The notes under the pieces are model-generated. The model did no database searches and had not been told where the DNA came from. It saw only the letters and a list, made by a program, of their open reading frames with translations. DNA of 64,000 nt from Mytilus californianus (Eukaryota). The stretch spans positions 85,932,001-85,996,000 of the forward strand of contig NW_026262668.1 in assembly GCF_021869535.1 (NCBI RefSeq), in the 5' to 3' direction. Position 1 is the first letter of the stretch. Every line of letters begins with the position of its first letter. Below are positions 1 through 10,400 of this stretch, piece by piece. A program made the position numbers and the translations under genes.

Positions 1-211
1 ATGTGCTTGAAGTAGCGCCCCCATATCAATTACAAAATTCCTAAGAGTTTCAAGTCAGATAAACACCTATGTACTGTACAAAACTATTTTCTACATATTT
101 CTAATATTTCTAACATTTACAAAACATGATATCAAAAGACTTAATACAATTAAAAGTTACAATCTTTCATTGTACCATAAAGTCACTTATGCTGCACATA
201 AGTGTATTTAT
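1..211. repeat. Terminal direct repeat, copy A2 (truncated by window edge)
   Basis: ATGTGCTTGAAGTAGCGCCCCC...AGTGTATTTAT matches 6833-7043 by eye; the match stops at 211/7043. Confidence 0.95.
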
Positions 212-743
212 GGTCCGCTAAAGTCAAAATAAAAACTAACACATGTTATGATGATGCAGGCCACAGATGTGACAGTTTATGTTTCAAAATCAATCATATC
301 AAAAGATACATGTATAAAATTTGCATACACTACAATTATAAGTACCAATTGTGAATTTAAATATACAATACTTTCATTACAATCTGAACCAATAAGCATA
401 TTATGTAATAAGTGAAAAGACAAATGTCATCAATTATTAAAATTGAAATTTTTGAAAAGTCAATCAATTTAGAGTTATCTCCCCTTGACTATAAATTTGT
501 TAATAATAGTGTAACATCTCAACTTTTGGGAGCAGATACCGCCATGACGTATGAAGCTCTTATGGAGCTGAAAACGCTGCCCTAAAGTAAACCTGCATCA
601 CCCATCATCCTACTTATGCAAATGATAAAACTTACGATTCTATGTACTGTTTATAAACAAGTAAAAAATTATGCAACAAATGTATATACTAAAAATACAC
701 AATATACAGACATTGAGTCCCACGAATGTCCTTTATCCTAAAA

Positions 744-1368
744 GACACAATTTACAGACATTGTGTCCTACCTACGTATCTACTTTATACAACCAATCAT
801 AAACTAAAGAGACACAATTTACAGACATTGTGTCCTAACCATGTGTCTACTTGATACCAACCAAATATACTAAAAAGACACAATTTACAGACATTGTGTC
901 CTATCAATGTATCTACTTGATACAAACTAAAATATACTAAAAAGACACAATTTACAGACATTGTGTCCTATCAATGTATCTACTTGATACAAACTAAAAT
1001 ATACTAAAAGACACAATTTACAGACATTGTGTCCTATCAATGTATCTACTTGATACAAACCAAAATATACTAAAAAGACACAATTTACAGACATTGTGTC
1101 CTATCAATGTATCTACTTGATACAAACCAAAATATACTAAGAAGACACAATTTACAGACATTGTGTCCTATCAATGTATCTACTTGATACAAACTAAAAT
1201 ATAATAAAAAGACACAATTTACAGACATTGTGTCCTATCAATGTATCTACTTGATACAAACCAAAATATACTAAAAAGACACAATTTACAGACATTGTGT
1301 CCTAACCATGTATCTACTTGATACAAACCAAAATATACTAAGAAGACACAATTTACAGACATTGTGTC
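744..1368. repeat. Tandem array, 10 x 66-67 bp, two hairpins per unit
   Basis: GACACAATTTACAGACATTGTGTC starts at 744, 811, 877, 944, 1010, 1077, 1144, 1211, 1278, 1345, with a degenerate copy near 696. Hairpins: GACACAAT/ATTGTGTC and TATCAA/TTGATA. Confidence 0.95.
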
Positions 1369-1831
1369 AAACAAATATTTTTACTTGATGCAATAACAGA
1401 CCAAGTTTGTTACAGCAAAAACATGCATTCAATAATTGTATTAATACCTATTTTCCCTTTCAGATAACTGTATTTCCTTAAATATTGTTATAAGTTTACT
1501 GATAAATATTACTACATGTAAATGGGAGATTTTAAGATTCCAGTCCTGGCAAGCTGTTTTCTGTCAATTACTTCTCAGTAAAATTTGGTCATTTCAATGG
1601 TAAACGGATGAATTCCTGGTTTTAGGTTGTCCTTGTATCAGCTTAAATAAGCGTCATAATTCACCTTTCCCAATTGTCCACCGTTTCCATATTATATGAA
1701 CTGTTATTCTGTTTGTGATATGTAATGAGCTGTGACCCACAAGCCCTGTACAAAATATAAAATAATAAACGGCAGTAATTCATTCACAAATTACGTCATT
1801 ACATGATCAGTTGTGAGACAGATAAACATGA

Positions 1832-2784
1832 CTAAAGGTTAGAAATTTGACCTGATTGTCTAATATATAATTTGAATGCATCGGATTTCCATCTACCTAA
1901 ATTTCTTATGGTTTCTGTGGACAATCCTTTTGCACTTGCGTCGGTAGCAAAGCCTATCCTGAAACTATGAGGTTTGTAATATGCTCTGCTGAGCCCACAA
2001 AAGTTCAAAGCACCATTCAGAGCATGTTGGAATAATTGTCTAGAAACAGCTTCTCCACTGGAGTTGAGGAATAGTGGACCCGTTGTGTTTGTTCTCAAAG
2101 TTAAGTAACTAGTAAGTGCCGTTACTGCACAAATATAGTTATTTTTTTCTTAGCTATTTCTAAATGGAATTGTTTTCCATTTGAATGTTTGAAGTCCATG
2201 AAACTGATACTTAATTTTTCGTGTAACACAACAGTTTGACTTAAACTAATAACATGATTGTAATTTTTGTTGTTGACTGTCATCTCACCAATTCTTAAAA
2301 GAGCATGGTATGCTAGGGTGAACATTGCTTTGAATAGAATTTGATCATATCTATTAGATATTGTCTGTTTTAATGCATCTATTAATTGATTCAAAATTGT
2401 ACTAGTAATTGGAAGTCTCATATCTTGATTTCTTCCCTTATGCACTGATTTCAGTACCTTATCAATAATGAATGAATCAGTTGGATCAGGCCAATTATTA
2501 ATTTTGTGTGTAAAACCAATTGCTGAAATGTATGTTGAGATAGAACTTGATGCAAGATCTTTGTATTTCAAATGTGCTATAAATAGTATGAGATCTGAAC
2601 TAGTAAGTGGTAACTGAAATCTAATGCCATATTCTTCAGCAAAACTCTTATAGTGGATAATTGCTCTTCTATAAGTTTTTTGTGAGGATTCAGATAAGAT
2701 GTTGTTAAAAATTTTATTTAAGGGTTTCTGTAGCTTGGCAAATCTGGTAGATTGGGAACTGGTTTGGGAACAGTGTCTGCCCAT
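1832..2784 (-). pseudogene. Tyrosine recombinase (YR), split by a 1-nt frameshift in an A7 run near 2142-2148
   Basis: Catalytic residues LLRIGE, FKHS, HSFR, GRW and terminal Y (FKLYIR). Adding one A restores ...KKKNNYICAVTALTSYLTLRTNTTGPLF and joins ORFs 2122-2784 and 1832-2098. Confidence 0.92.
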
Positions 2785-4373
2785 GGTGCTAACCGATGAA
2801 ATTTCTGTACCTGTTGACGAGAAAGTGCATCTGCCAAAACATTTTTTGAACCATATATGTGTTTTGCCTTAAAGTTCACATTGTTTCTCAAGCAGTGTAG
2901 AACTAGTCTCCTTATTAGGAACATAATTAACGCATCTTTAGATGTTTGTTTATTAATTACAGACACTAAAGCTATATTGTCTGTATGAAAATATATGCAC
3001 TGGTTTTCAAATCGGTGGCCCCATATTTCAACTGCCAAGACTATGGGATATAGCTCTAAAAAGGCAATATTTTGTTTTTGCCATTTTGTGTCCCATTTGC
3101 CTAAGAACCACTGTGAACCAAACAAAGCACCATAACCGTATGTACCAGAGGCATCTGTAAACAAATGTAGCTGATCAGATGTTAACCAACGGTCTGATAA
3201 AATCAATGACTTCCCATTAAAATTCTTTAAAAAATTTTGCCATGTATTTAGATCTTGCTTAACTGATTTTGTCATTCGTATTCTATGAAAGGATTTTTTG
3301 ACCCCAATTGTTTAGTCTATTAGTCTTCTCAGAAATGCCCTTCCTGGGATGACAACTGCACAAGCAAAGTTGAGAGTACCAATGATAGATTGAAGTTCCC
3401 TCAATGTAATTTTTTCTTTTTGTAACACTACGGTTAAAAGGTTGTGACATTTATCAAGCTTATCAATTGGAAGTCTAACTTCCATCAACCTAGTGTCTAT
3501 TTCGTAACCAACAAAACTCATAACCTGGGATGGCTGGAATGTTTTTTCCTTAGAAATTGGTATACCCATATCTTTACAAATTGCAAGGAAACGTTCTAAT
3601 TTTTTCTTACACCCATCTTCCGTTTTGTCTACTATCATAAAATCATCTAAAATATGCACTATGTTTGGAATAAGTATTTTATTTTTTGCGATCCATTCAA
3701 TGGCTGTGCTAAAATTTTCAAAAATTTGACAACTAGAACTACAACCCATTTGCAGATTTTTATCGTAATAGTATTTCCCCTCCCACATGAAGCCAAATAG
3801 TTTGTATTGTGATTCTTTTATGTTTATAATTCGAAATGCACTGGATATGTCGGTTTTTGCACAAAAACTTTTTCTTCCTACAGACTTAATCAGTTCTATT
3901 GCATCTTGAATGGAAGCATACTGTACACTGCATTTGTCTTGTGGTATGTTGTCATTGATTGATGATCCTTCAGGGAAAGATAAGTGGTGGATCATTCTAT
4001 ATGTCCCAGGCATTTTCTTTTCTGCTAGTCCCAAAGGGGATAATTGCATTTCTGTAAAAGGTTTTGAATCAAAAGGGCCAACAAATCTATTTGCATTAAT
4101 TTCATTTTGAATTTTTTGTCTAACGATATCAGGTTTAGTCTTTGCTGATAATAAATTATCAACTATATTATTATGAACAGAACCTCTGAATCCTACATCG
4201 AACCCATATTTAAACCCGTTAACTAAGTAATTGTACATTTCAATATTATATCCTTTTAACCAATATCCAAGCCTATCAACCTTAACTGGTGTATTGCTAT
4301 TAGAATTATAGTTAACATCATTTTCTGGTGGGGACAGTTTTTTTCTGTCCTTGGGGAAGAGGTGTCGTCTCTG
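2718..4373 (-). pseudogene. pol: DIRS/Ngaro-type reverse transcriptase + RNase H, one in-frame TAA at 3312-3314
   Basis: RT motifs YRMIHHLSFP, KTDISSAF, MGCSSS, ILDDF. RNaseH motifs LFTDASG, LELYPI, TDN, ADALSR. ORFs 3312-4238 and 2718-3275 are in the same frame (RRLID*TIGVKK). The frame is open upstream to 4373. Confidence 0.93.
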
Positions 4374-5485
4374 TTACTAGATAGGGAGGGTCCCCGAAAG
4401 GGCTGGTTATTCCCTCCTTGTATCTTTTTTGAGTAATTACTGGTTTGTGTGAACTTATAAGGGAGCCGAACTGGTTTTTTGCATGTTGAGAATGAGTGGT
4501 TGAAACCGCAATTGAAACATCTGTGTTGAAACTTGCATTTATCACCAAACTTACAACCTAAACCCTTATGAAATGAAAAACATACTCCAACTGGCCAGCG
4601 AGTACTGCCACCTTTGTTGTTGTCATTCCCAGATTTAACGTTAGCTTGTAATTTTGCTCTGAGATATAGTTCTAGGTGTGTACTCCCCCATTGTGCTTCT
4701 CCTCTTTCTAATAATTTCCTAAATTCGATATCGTAAAATTGCCAGTTCCCCCCTTCTCTTGACATTTCCAGGATTATTTCCATATGGTGGGGGATTACAG
4801 GCCCTAATTCAGGGTTTTTAGTACAAATTATTGCTGTAAATTTATTCCAGGCTGATAGCCATTGGTTTAGGGTTAATGTTTTCTTGTTACGCTCTTCTGT
4901 AATGGACAGTTCAGGGTTGTCGGCCCCTTGAACAAGTTGTAATCTGTATTTGGTCTCGTCATTTTCAAAGAGGGAATGGAAGTCGATGTACTTTCCCGCC
5001 CATATTTGTTGTTTTATTTTATCCGGTATATTTCTCCCTGTTTTGAGGGAGCAACTGACAAAGGCTGATTGCCCCCCAATAATTTGTTTATCAACAGTTG
5101 GTTGTACAGCCAGAACCTCTGGGCTGACAACCACATTGTTATTGTCATGGTTTTGCTCTCCATTACATGTACCTTGGATGTTTCTGTTCAGAGTGTCCAC
5201 ATGATGTTGGACCTCAGCCTCCTGAATATCTGAATTGCCATTATTTCCTTTTGAAGTTATCTTGTCAAAAATTTCCTCCATCCTCCTTTCCATTCGGCTA
5301 GCTACCTTTTCCGTTACCCTATTGGTCAACTCCTCCATGACATCTGGTGATATAACTGTTGCATTATTTGGGGGGATGGAAGGCCTACTTGGTATAGCGG
5401 TTGATGTTTTCTTCCTCTGGGCGGCCGTTTTCATTTTCTTTATGGCACCTGCCACACCGTACGAGGATTGTCTTTTTGGAGGCAT
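4256..5485 (-). CDS. gag: Gag-like protein of the YR retrotransposon (409 aa)
   Basis: Intact ORF. Motifs IKQQIWAGKYIDF, WLSAWNKF, WQFYDIEFR and a C-terminal Cys/His cluster (CFSFHKGLGCKFGDKCKFQHRCFNCGFNHSFSTC) are typical of DIRS/Ngaro ORF1. Confidence 0.85.
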   Translation of the reverse strand: MPPKRQSSYGVAGAIKKMKTAAQRKKTSTAIPSRPSIPPNNATVISPDVMEELTNRVTEKVASRMERRMEEIFDKITSKGNNGNSDIQEAEVQHHVDTLNRNIQGTCNGEQNHDNNNVVVSPEVLAVQPTVDKQIIGGQSAFVSCSLKTGRNIPDKIKQQIWAGKYIDFHSLFENDETKYRLQLVQGADNPELSITEERNKKTLTLNQWLSAWNKFTAIICTKNPELGPVIPHHMEIILEMSREGGNWQFYDIEFRKLLERGEAQWGSTHLELYLRAKLQANVKSGNDNNKGGSTRWPVGVCFSFHKGLGCKFGDKCKFQHRCFNCGFNHSFSTCKKPVRLPYKFTQTSNYSKKIQGGNNQPFRGPSLSSNRDDTSSPRTEKNCPHQKMMLTIILIAIHQLRLIGLDIG

Positions 5486-6038
5486 TGTCTGAAATATACT
5501 AATGCAAACTTAATACAATACTTTCAATTATAATAATTTTTCTTTTTAGGACTATTTTGTTTTATTGAATTTGTTTTTCTTTGTATTTAACCTTGATTAT
5601 TCATGTTAACCTTGTTTGAATAATTTAATCTGGACGATCCTCAACCATTAAACATGTTAAAATTGTTTTGTTTGTGTTCATTATTATCTGAAATATTACC
5701 AGTTTCTGCCGTAAAATTTTTCCTTTTGGTAACTAAATATTTAGTTTTAGCAACAACATTAAGTTCAAACATACGACATGTATCGTTACTGTATACATGA
5801 CCTACATAATTCATTAGTATAAAAGTCAAGTACGATAATGTGATATCGATCGACAAACAGTAACATAGCGGATTGATATGTAAATGTGTGTTGTTAACTT
5901 GTATTTATTTATGGTAACTACTACTTGAACCATGATTATGCATCATAATCCCAATAAGTTTGATTGTCATTCTGTTGCGATTATCCATCGGAAGTTTTCA
6001 AAAGATTCCAAAATTTACGAGTACGGTTCAGATACGTG

Positions 6039-6713
6039 TTAATTTCCGTTTTCTAATTTAATCTCTTTGCAGGCATTGATAACTGCTCCTCGTATTGACT
6101 TGTATAAATGGTATTGACCTTTCGTATTTAGATGTACTCCATCGGAAATAAATTTATCTTTGCATGAATTTTTGTTTGTGGTGTCAAAAGAAAATCTTTT
6201 GTTATGATCCCAAAAGATAAATTTCGATGATTTTTCAACCTCGTTTTTTATCATTTTATTTATTTCTTGTGCTTTTTCAAAATACATATTCTTGTTTGCC
6301 CTATCTCGGACACTTGTATTGTCCCGATTGTATCCATCTTTCTTAAGTCTGAAATTATCCCGTGGGAAGCGTGGCATGATGGCACATATTACTACTCGTC
6401 GAACTCCATACGTATTTGTCAGTATCGAACAGAAACTTATCAGTTTATATGCCACTTCCTCAACAGACGTGTCTTCTACAACATCGTTACCACCATCTAG
6501 GAGAATAACACATTCGGGTTTTTTAATTTTAACTATACCGATGTCGAACTTTATCATTTTATGAATAGTTCTTCCTCCTACGCCATGCCACTCGACGGTT
6601 GAAGTTTTTGCCAAATTGAAGTCTAATTGGTGTCTATGATCGTTTCTTGATTTCAGGTAGTTGTGAAGCCGATGGCAAATGGAATGACTTAGTATAAGTG
6701 TGTTTAAAGGCAT
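6039..6713 (-). CDS. SGNH/GDSL-type hydrolase (esterase), 224 aa
   Basis: Block I LILSHS, block II GVGG, block III DGGND, block V DGVH. The ORF is intact. Confidence 0.85.
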   Translation of the reverse strand: MPLNTLILSHSICHRLHNYLKSRNDHRHQLDFNLAKTSTVEWHGVGGRTIHKMIKFDIGIVKIKKPECVILLDGGNDVVEDTSVEEVAYKLISFCSILTNTYGVRRVVICAIMPRFPRDNFRLKKDGYNRDNTSVRDRANKNMYFEKAQEINKMIKNEVEKSSKFIFWDHNKRFSFDTTNKNSCKDKFISDGVHLNTKGQYHLYKSIRGAVINACKEIKLENGN

Positions 6714-6832
6714 GCCTAGAAAAAATATTTTATGAAATTGAGTGAAAATATTTTATGAAATTGAGTGTCACCAAATTTCTGTACGTGTTCTTCCTTCAGC
6801 AGCTATTTGAAAAAGAGGCTGCATATTAAAAC

Positions 6833-7043
6833 ATGTGCTTGAAGTAGCGCCCCCATATCAATTACAAAATTCCTAAGAGTTTCAAGTCAGATAAACACCT
6901 ATGTACTGTACAAAACTATTTTCTACATATTTCTAATATTTCTAACATTTACAAAACATGATATCAAAAGACTTAATACAATTAAAAGTTACAATCTTTC
7001 ATTGTACCATAAAGTCACTTATGCTGCACATAAGTGTATTTAT
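6833..7043. repeat. Terminal direct repeat, copy A1 (5' end of the minus-strand element)
   Basis: Same sequence as 1-211, then diverges into the flank (CAAGGCTTATG). The repeat may extend further left of 6833. Confidence 0.95.
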
Positions 7044-7159
7044 CAAGGCTTATGAACAATTTCCTAAACTTGAAAATGAATAAATGTAAAAAAAGAAATT
7101 ATTTGAAGATCTTTCTTATATATCATGTATATATTCAAACAATTGTCAACAAATTATTT

Positions 7160-7257
7160 GTGACTTTTTGTCCTGTGACTTTTTGTCCTATCCAATTTGT
7201 GACTTTATGTCCTGTGACTTTTTGTCCTGTGACTTTTTGTCCTGTGACTTTTTGTCC
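7160..7257. repeat. 15-bp tandem repeat (GTGACTTTTTGTCCT) x6
   Basis: Read directly; it generates the spurious VTFCP ORF. Confidence 0.9.
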
Positions 7258-7275
7258 GTTTACCAATCAAGACTG

Positions 7276-7475
7276 AGTCGAGACTGGTCGAGACAGGTCG
7301 AGACTGGTCACGCCTTGGTCGAGTCCATTTCAGACTTCACCAAGATTGGCAAGTACTGAATCAGACTTATTAAGTAAAGTCGAGACCAAAGTCGAGTACA
7401 GTTAAGTACAGTTAAGTACTGTCGAGATAATGTCGAGTCTAGTCAAGTAAAATTTGTGCTCGACATTACTGGTCG
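7276..7475. repeat. Degenerate short-period GTCGAG(AC)/AGTAC repeat cluster
   Basis: GTCGAG recurs repeatedly, alongside AGTACAGTTA duplications. Confidence 0.6.
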
Positions 7476-10400
7476 AGCACAAAATATAGTCTTTTCAGAC
7501 TCTGAGCAGTTTGTAGTGAGAGGACGCGGTAATAATGGTATGCCGCTATTATTAACGGTGATACAACCGTTCAAAGTATATATATTACATTGGTATTTAC
7601 TAACAAAATTACGTTATAATGAAAGTATTCAGATTTTACTCGAATCTTTTACACAAAAAAAAACCATGAAATACTGGTTATTACGATGAGAAAGTTTGCA
7701 ATTATAATAGTACAAAATCGAAAGAGATACGGCCGGTTTTCCATAAATTTTTGACATACTGATGGCCTTTTTTGAATGTCTTTAAATCTGTACAAAAATC
7801 ATCACATCTATACTTTGAGGTTTCTACACTATTATGTGGTATTTCTGAATATTTACAAACCAGATTATAAATGCTTTAAGTGACTTCCTTTAAAATTGTA
7901 ATTTCTGTATAAGTTGGAAATTTTAAAAATGAATAAAAAGGACACAAAAACCACAACCAAAGTTATGGGGGAGGAGGTACAGGTAACATATATAAATTCA
8001 ATCATTTTTGCTAGATAAAAAAATATATTATATAAATGTATTATTAAGTTACAACTACCAGTTTGATTTTATCAATAAATGTGAAATTCTTTAAAAAAGA
8101 TGAAATGAATGTTTTGGGGATATGTCAATTAAACAGCAGCCCATCAACCAAAACAAAAAATATCTTATGGTCAACATATGGTCTTGAACAATACACAAGT
8201 GTGTACACAGTACCGGCATGTCTAGCTCTAAATTGCCGCTAGTCGTCAAATGAAGCCGTTAAGAAATTCAACAATCCGCAATAACTATACCTGAGTGGTA
8301 AAACCAGAATAAGAAAAGACAAAGAGAGAGAGGTATCTATTATACACATGTTTTTATTTCCTAAAACAATATTATTATTTTAAGGTAGCTCTTTATAAAC
8401 AATATATATACAGACTGGGAAATGTCGTCGATAACCTTGCAGGGATAATTGGCTGGAGACGTCGTACATGTAATTTTCAGCCGGCAACGTCATGCATTTT
8501 CGCTCTAACGTTGATATTACCAAGAGGAGACACTTTTTTTTAGGATTAATCGCAATTTATCTTTGAATCCAGCACGGTGACATATATTCTTTATTTGCTA
8601 TTTGAAGAAAGCATGACAAAAGACAGTTAATGTGGAAAAATGAGAAAAATGACATTATAAGAACTTCTCGATTTCCACATTTTAAGGTAAAAAAAGCCCA
8701 CTTTTACCATCTTATCCGTTATTTTAAGCATAACTTGAATAATTGCCTAATCATTCTTGTAAGGATTTATTTTTCCCTTATTTTCACTTTATCACAGCTT
8801 TATTTTGAATCCAATCTTAATAATTTATGACAAAGAATATCTGCTCTTCTTGTCTATCAATTTTTCTTGTGACCTTCTGTCCTACAGTGTTCCTTCTTAG
8901 GAATGGAAACGCGGCTCGATGTCAATTAGAACTCCGGCGGAGCGATAATTCATGTCTGTTTCGGTCGGAAGTATGATAACTAATACAAAGAATCATAACG
9001 GAGGTCCATTTCCAATTATATTTATCGGTCATCTAAATTCACTGGGTCGTCTTACCTGAGAAGATATAAAGGACGATAAAAACCAAGACAAATAGAAACT
9101 ACTCTTCCATGTAAAAGGGAATCCCTTAGGTGTAATTTTAATGCCTTTTCGAGCTATGTTTGCAATAAAGTTTTAATAAAAGGTCATATTAAACTAGACC
9201 TCGTTCGTCAAATTTGCGATAGTTTCATCCGGATTACAAAACAAAAAATACAGTGTTTTGATTTTATTCGAAAGGCTCGACAACCACGAAAGGCAAAAAA
9301 AAAAAATAGTTGCTATCATTATGAAGCTGAAACCTTATTCTAGAACTTTGACTCTTTTTTATGTTTCTTGTGTAGTTTCTGAATTTTCTACGATTTCCCA
9401 AATTTTCAATTTGGCATTTCATTATTCTGTCAAAACGTGTCTTTCAATCTGGCGGTGTAGTACGAATTTTCAAAATGTTGAAAAGTAGAAAAGAACAAAG
9501 TGTCTAAATGATATATCATTTTAAAGAAGGAATAGTTTGCTTCAGTTTGGTGTAAATCACGAATGTTAAATGTTATTGGTTTATTGTAAATGATTTTCTT
9601 TCGAAACATGCTAAAATTTTAAGTTGTAAAAAATGTTTTTTTTATACACGATCTAATTCATTTATTTAAAAAAAAACTTTTTTTAGAACTTAATCATTAT
9701 TTGATATTGCAGTTTTATGTCACAGTTAAGCGTTGCTGTAAAATTACCACAAGACAGCATAGTCTAGAGGTCCGCAAATTAATTCCTTAGCGTTAAAAAA
9801 ATGTTAAATGTGTGAATGTGTGATATTTTAAACTGTTTCTGATGAAAATGTTTATTGCACCAAGGCATTAATTAACAGGTGTGTTCGTCGTAATTCGTTT
9901 TTCATATCGTCAACATACGACACGAATTTGCATATTAATGATACCTTTATCCCGTTAAGTTTTTCGCATAAATGTTAAGATTATACCTTCAAATTGGAAT
10001 AACCCATACCAATGGTCGCCCCCAAACAACATTAAATACTTTTTTCTTACGTTAAATGAGATAAATATAAGGCGCAATTTCCAACTGGAAAGCCGCCGTC
10101 TTTACCCACAAAATGATAAAAAAAATATGAGTAAACTATAAAACATAATGCTTGTTTTTTCACTTTATATTACTTGCACCATATTTATTACGTATAATTG
10201 GGATTATATAAAATTGAAAAAATCATGTGGCTTCCTTTAGGTTTATCAAAACCATCAAAACCACAAGCTTTCAACAAGTTTCATAGCTGTTTACATCGGC
10301 GAATTTGATATAACTTTTTAATACTTTTATGTCTGATTCGAGAAAATTGCACAGGAAACAATTTCATTATTTACAAGAAATTATTCCAAAATACTTCTTC

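Larger units (their letters stand above)
1..7043 (-). mobile_element. Tyrosine-recombinase retrotransposon, Ngaro/DIRS group (3' end continues left of the window)
   Basis: Minus-strand gag, RT/RNaseH and tyrosine recombinase ORFs in DIRS/Ngaro order with overlaps. No DAM-methylase domain after RNaseH. Direct rather than inverted terminal repeat (1-211 = 6833-7043). SGNH hydrolase ORF present. Confidence 0.9.

Noticed and set aside
744-1368. 67-bp hairpin array as a CRISPR array
   Set aside because: The segments between the invariant hairpins are near-identical rather than unique spacers, there are no cas genes, and the context is a eukaryotic retroelement.
1640-1760. LVGHS peptide on the minus strand 3' of YR as a second SGNH remnant
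   Set aside because: The frame closes after about 30 codons and no GxND or DxxH block follows in any frame.
2142-2148. Programmed frameshift within the YR gene
   Set aside because: The codon phase (AAG AAA AAA ATA) does not give an X XXY YYZ heptamer; mutation or a homopolymer sequencing error is simpler.
3910-5492. Plus-strand ORFs 3910-4110, 4950-5204 and 5235-5492, and minus-strand 4318-4548
   Set aside because: These are antisense or alternate-frame shadows of gag and pol with no recognisable motifs.
7034-7359. ORFs with VTFCP and CDFLS repeats
   Set aside because: They are translations of a 15-bp tandem repeat.
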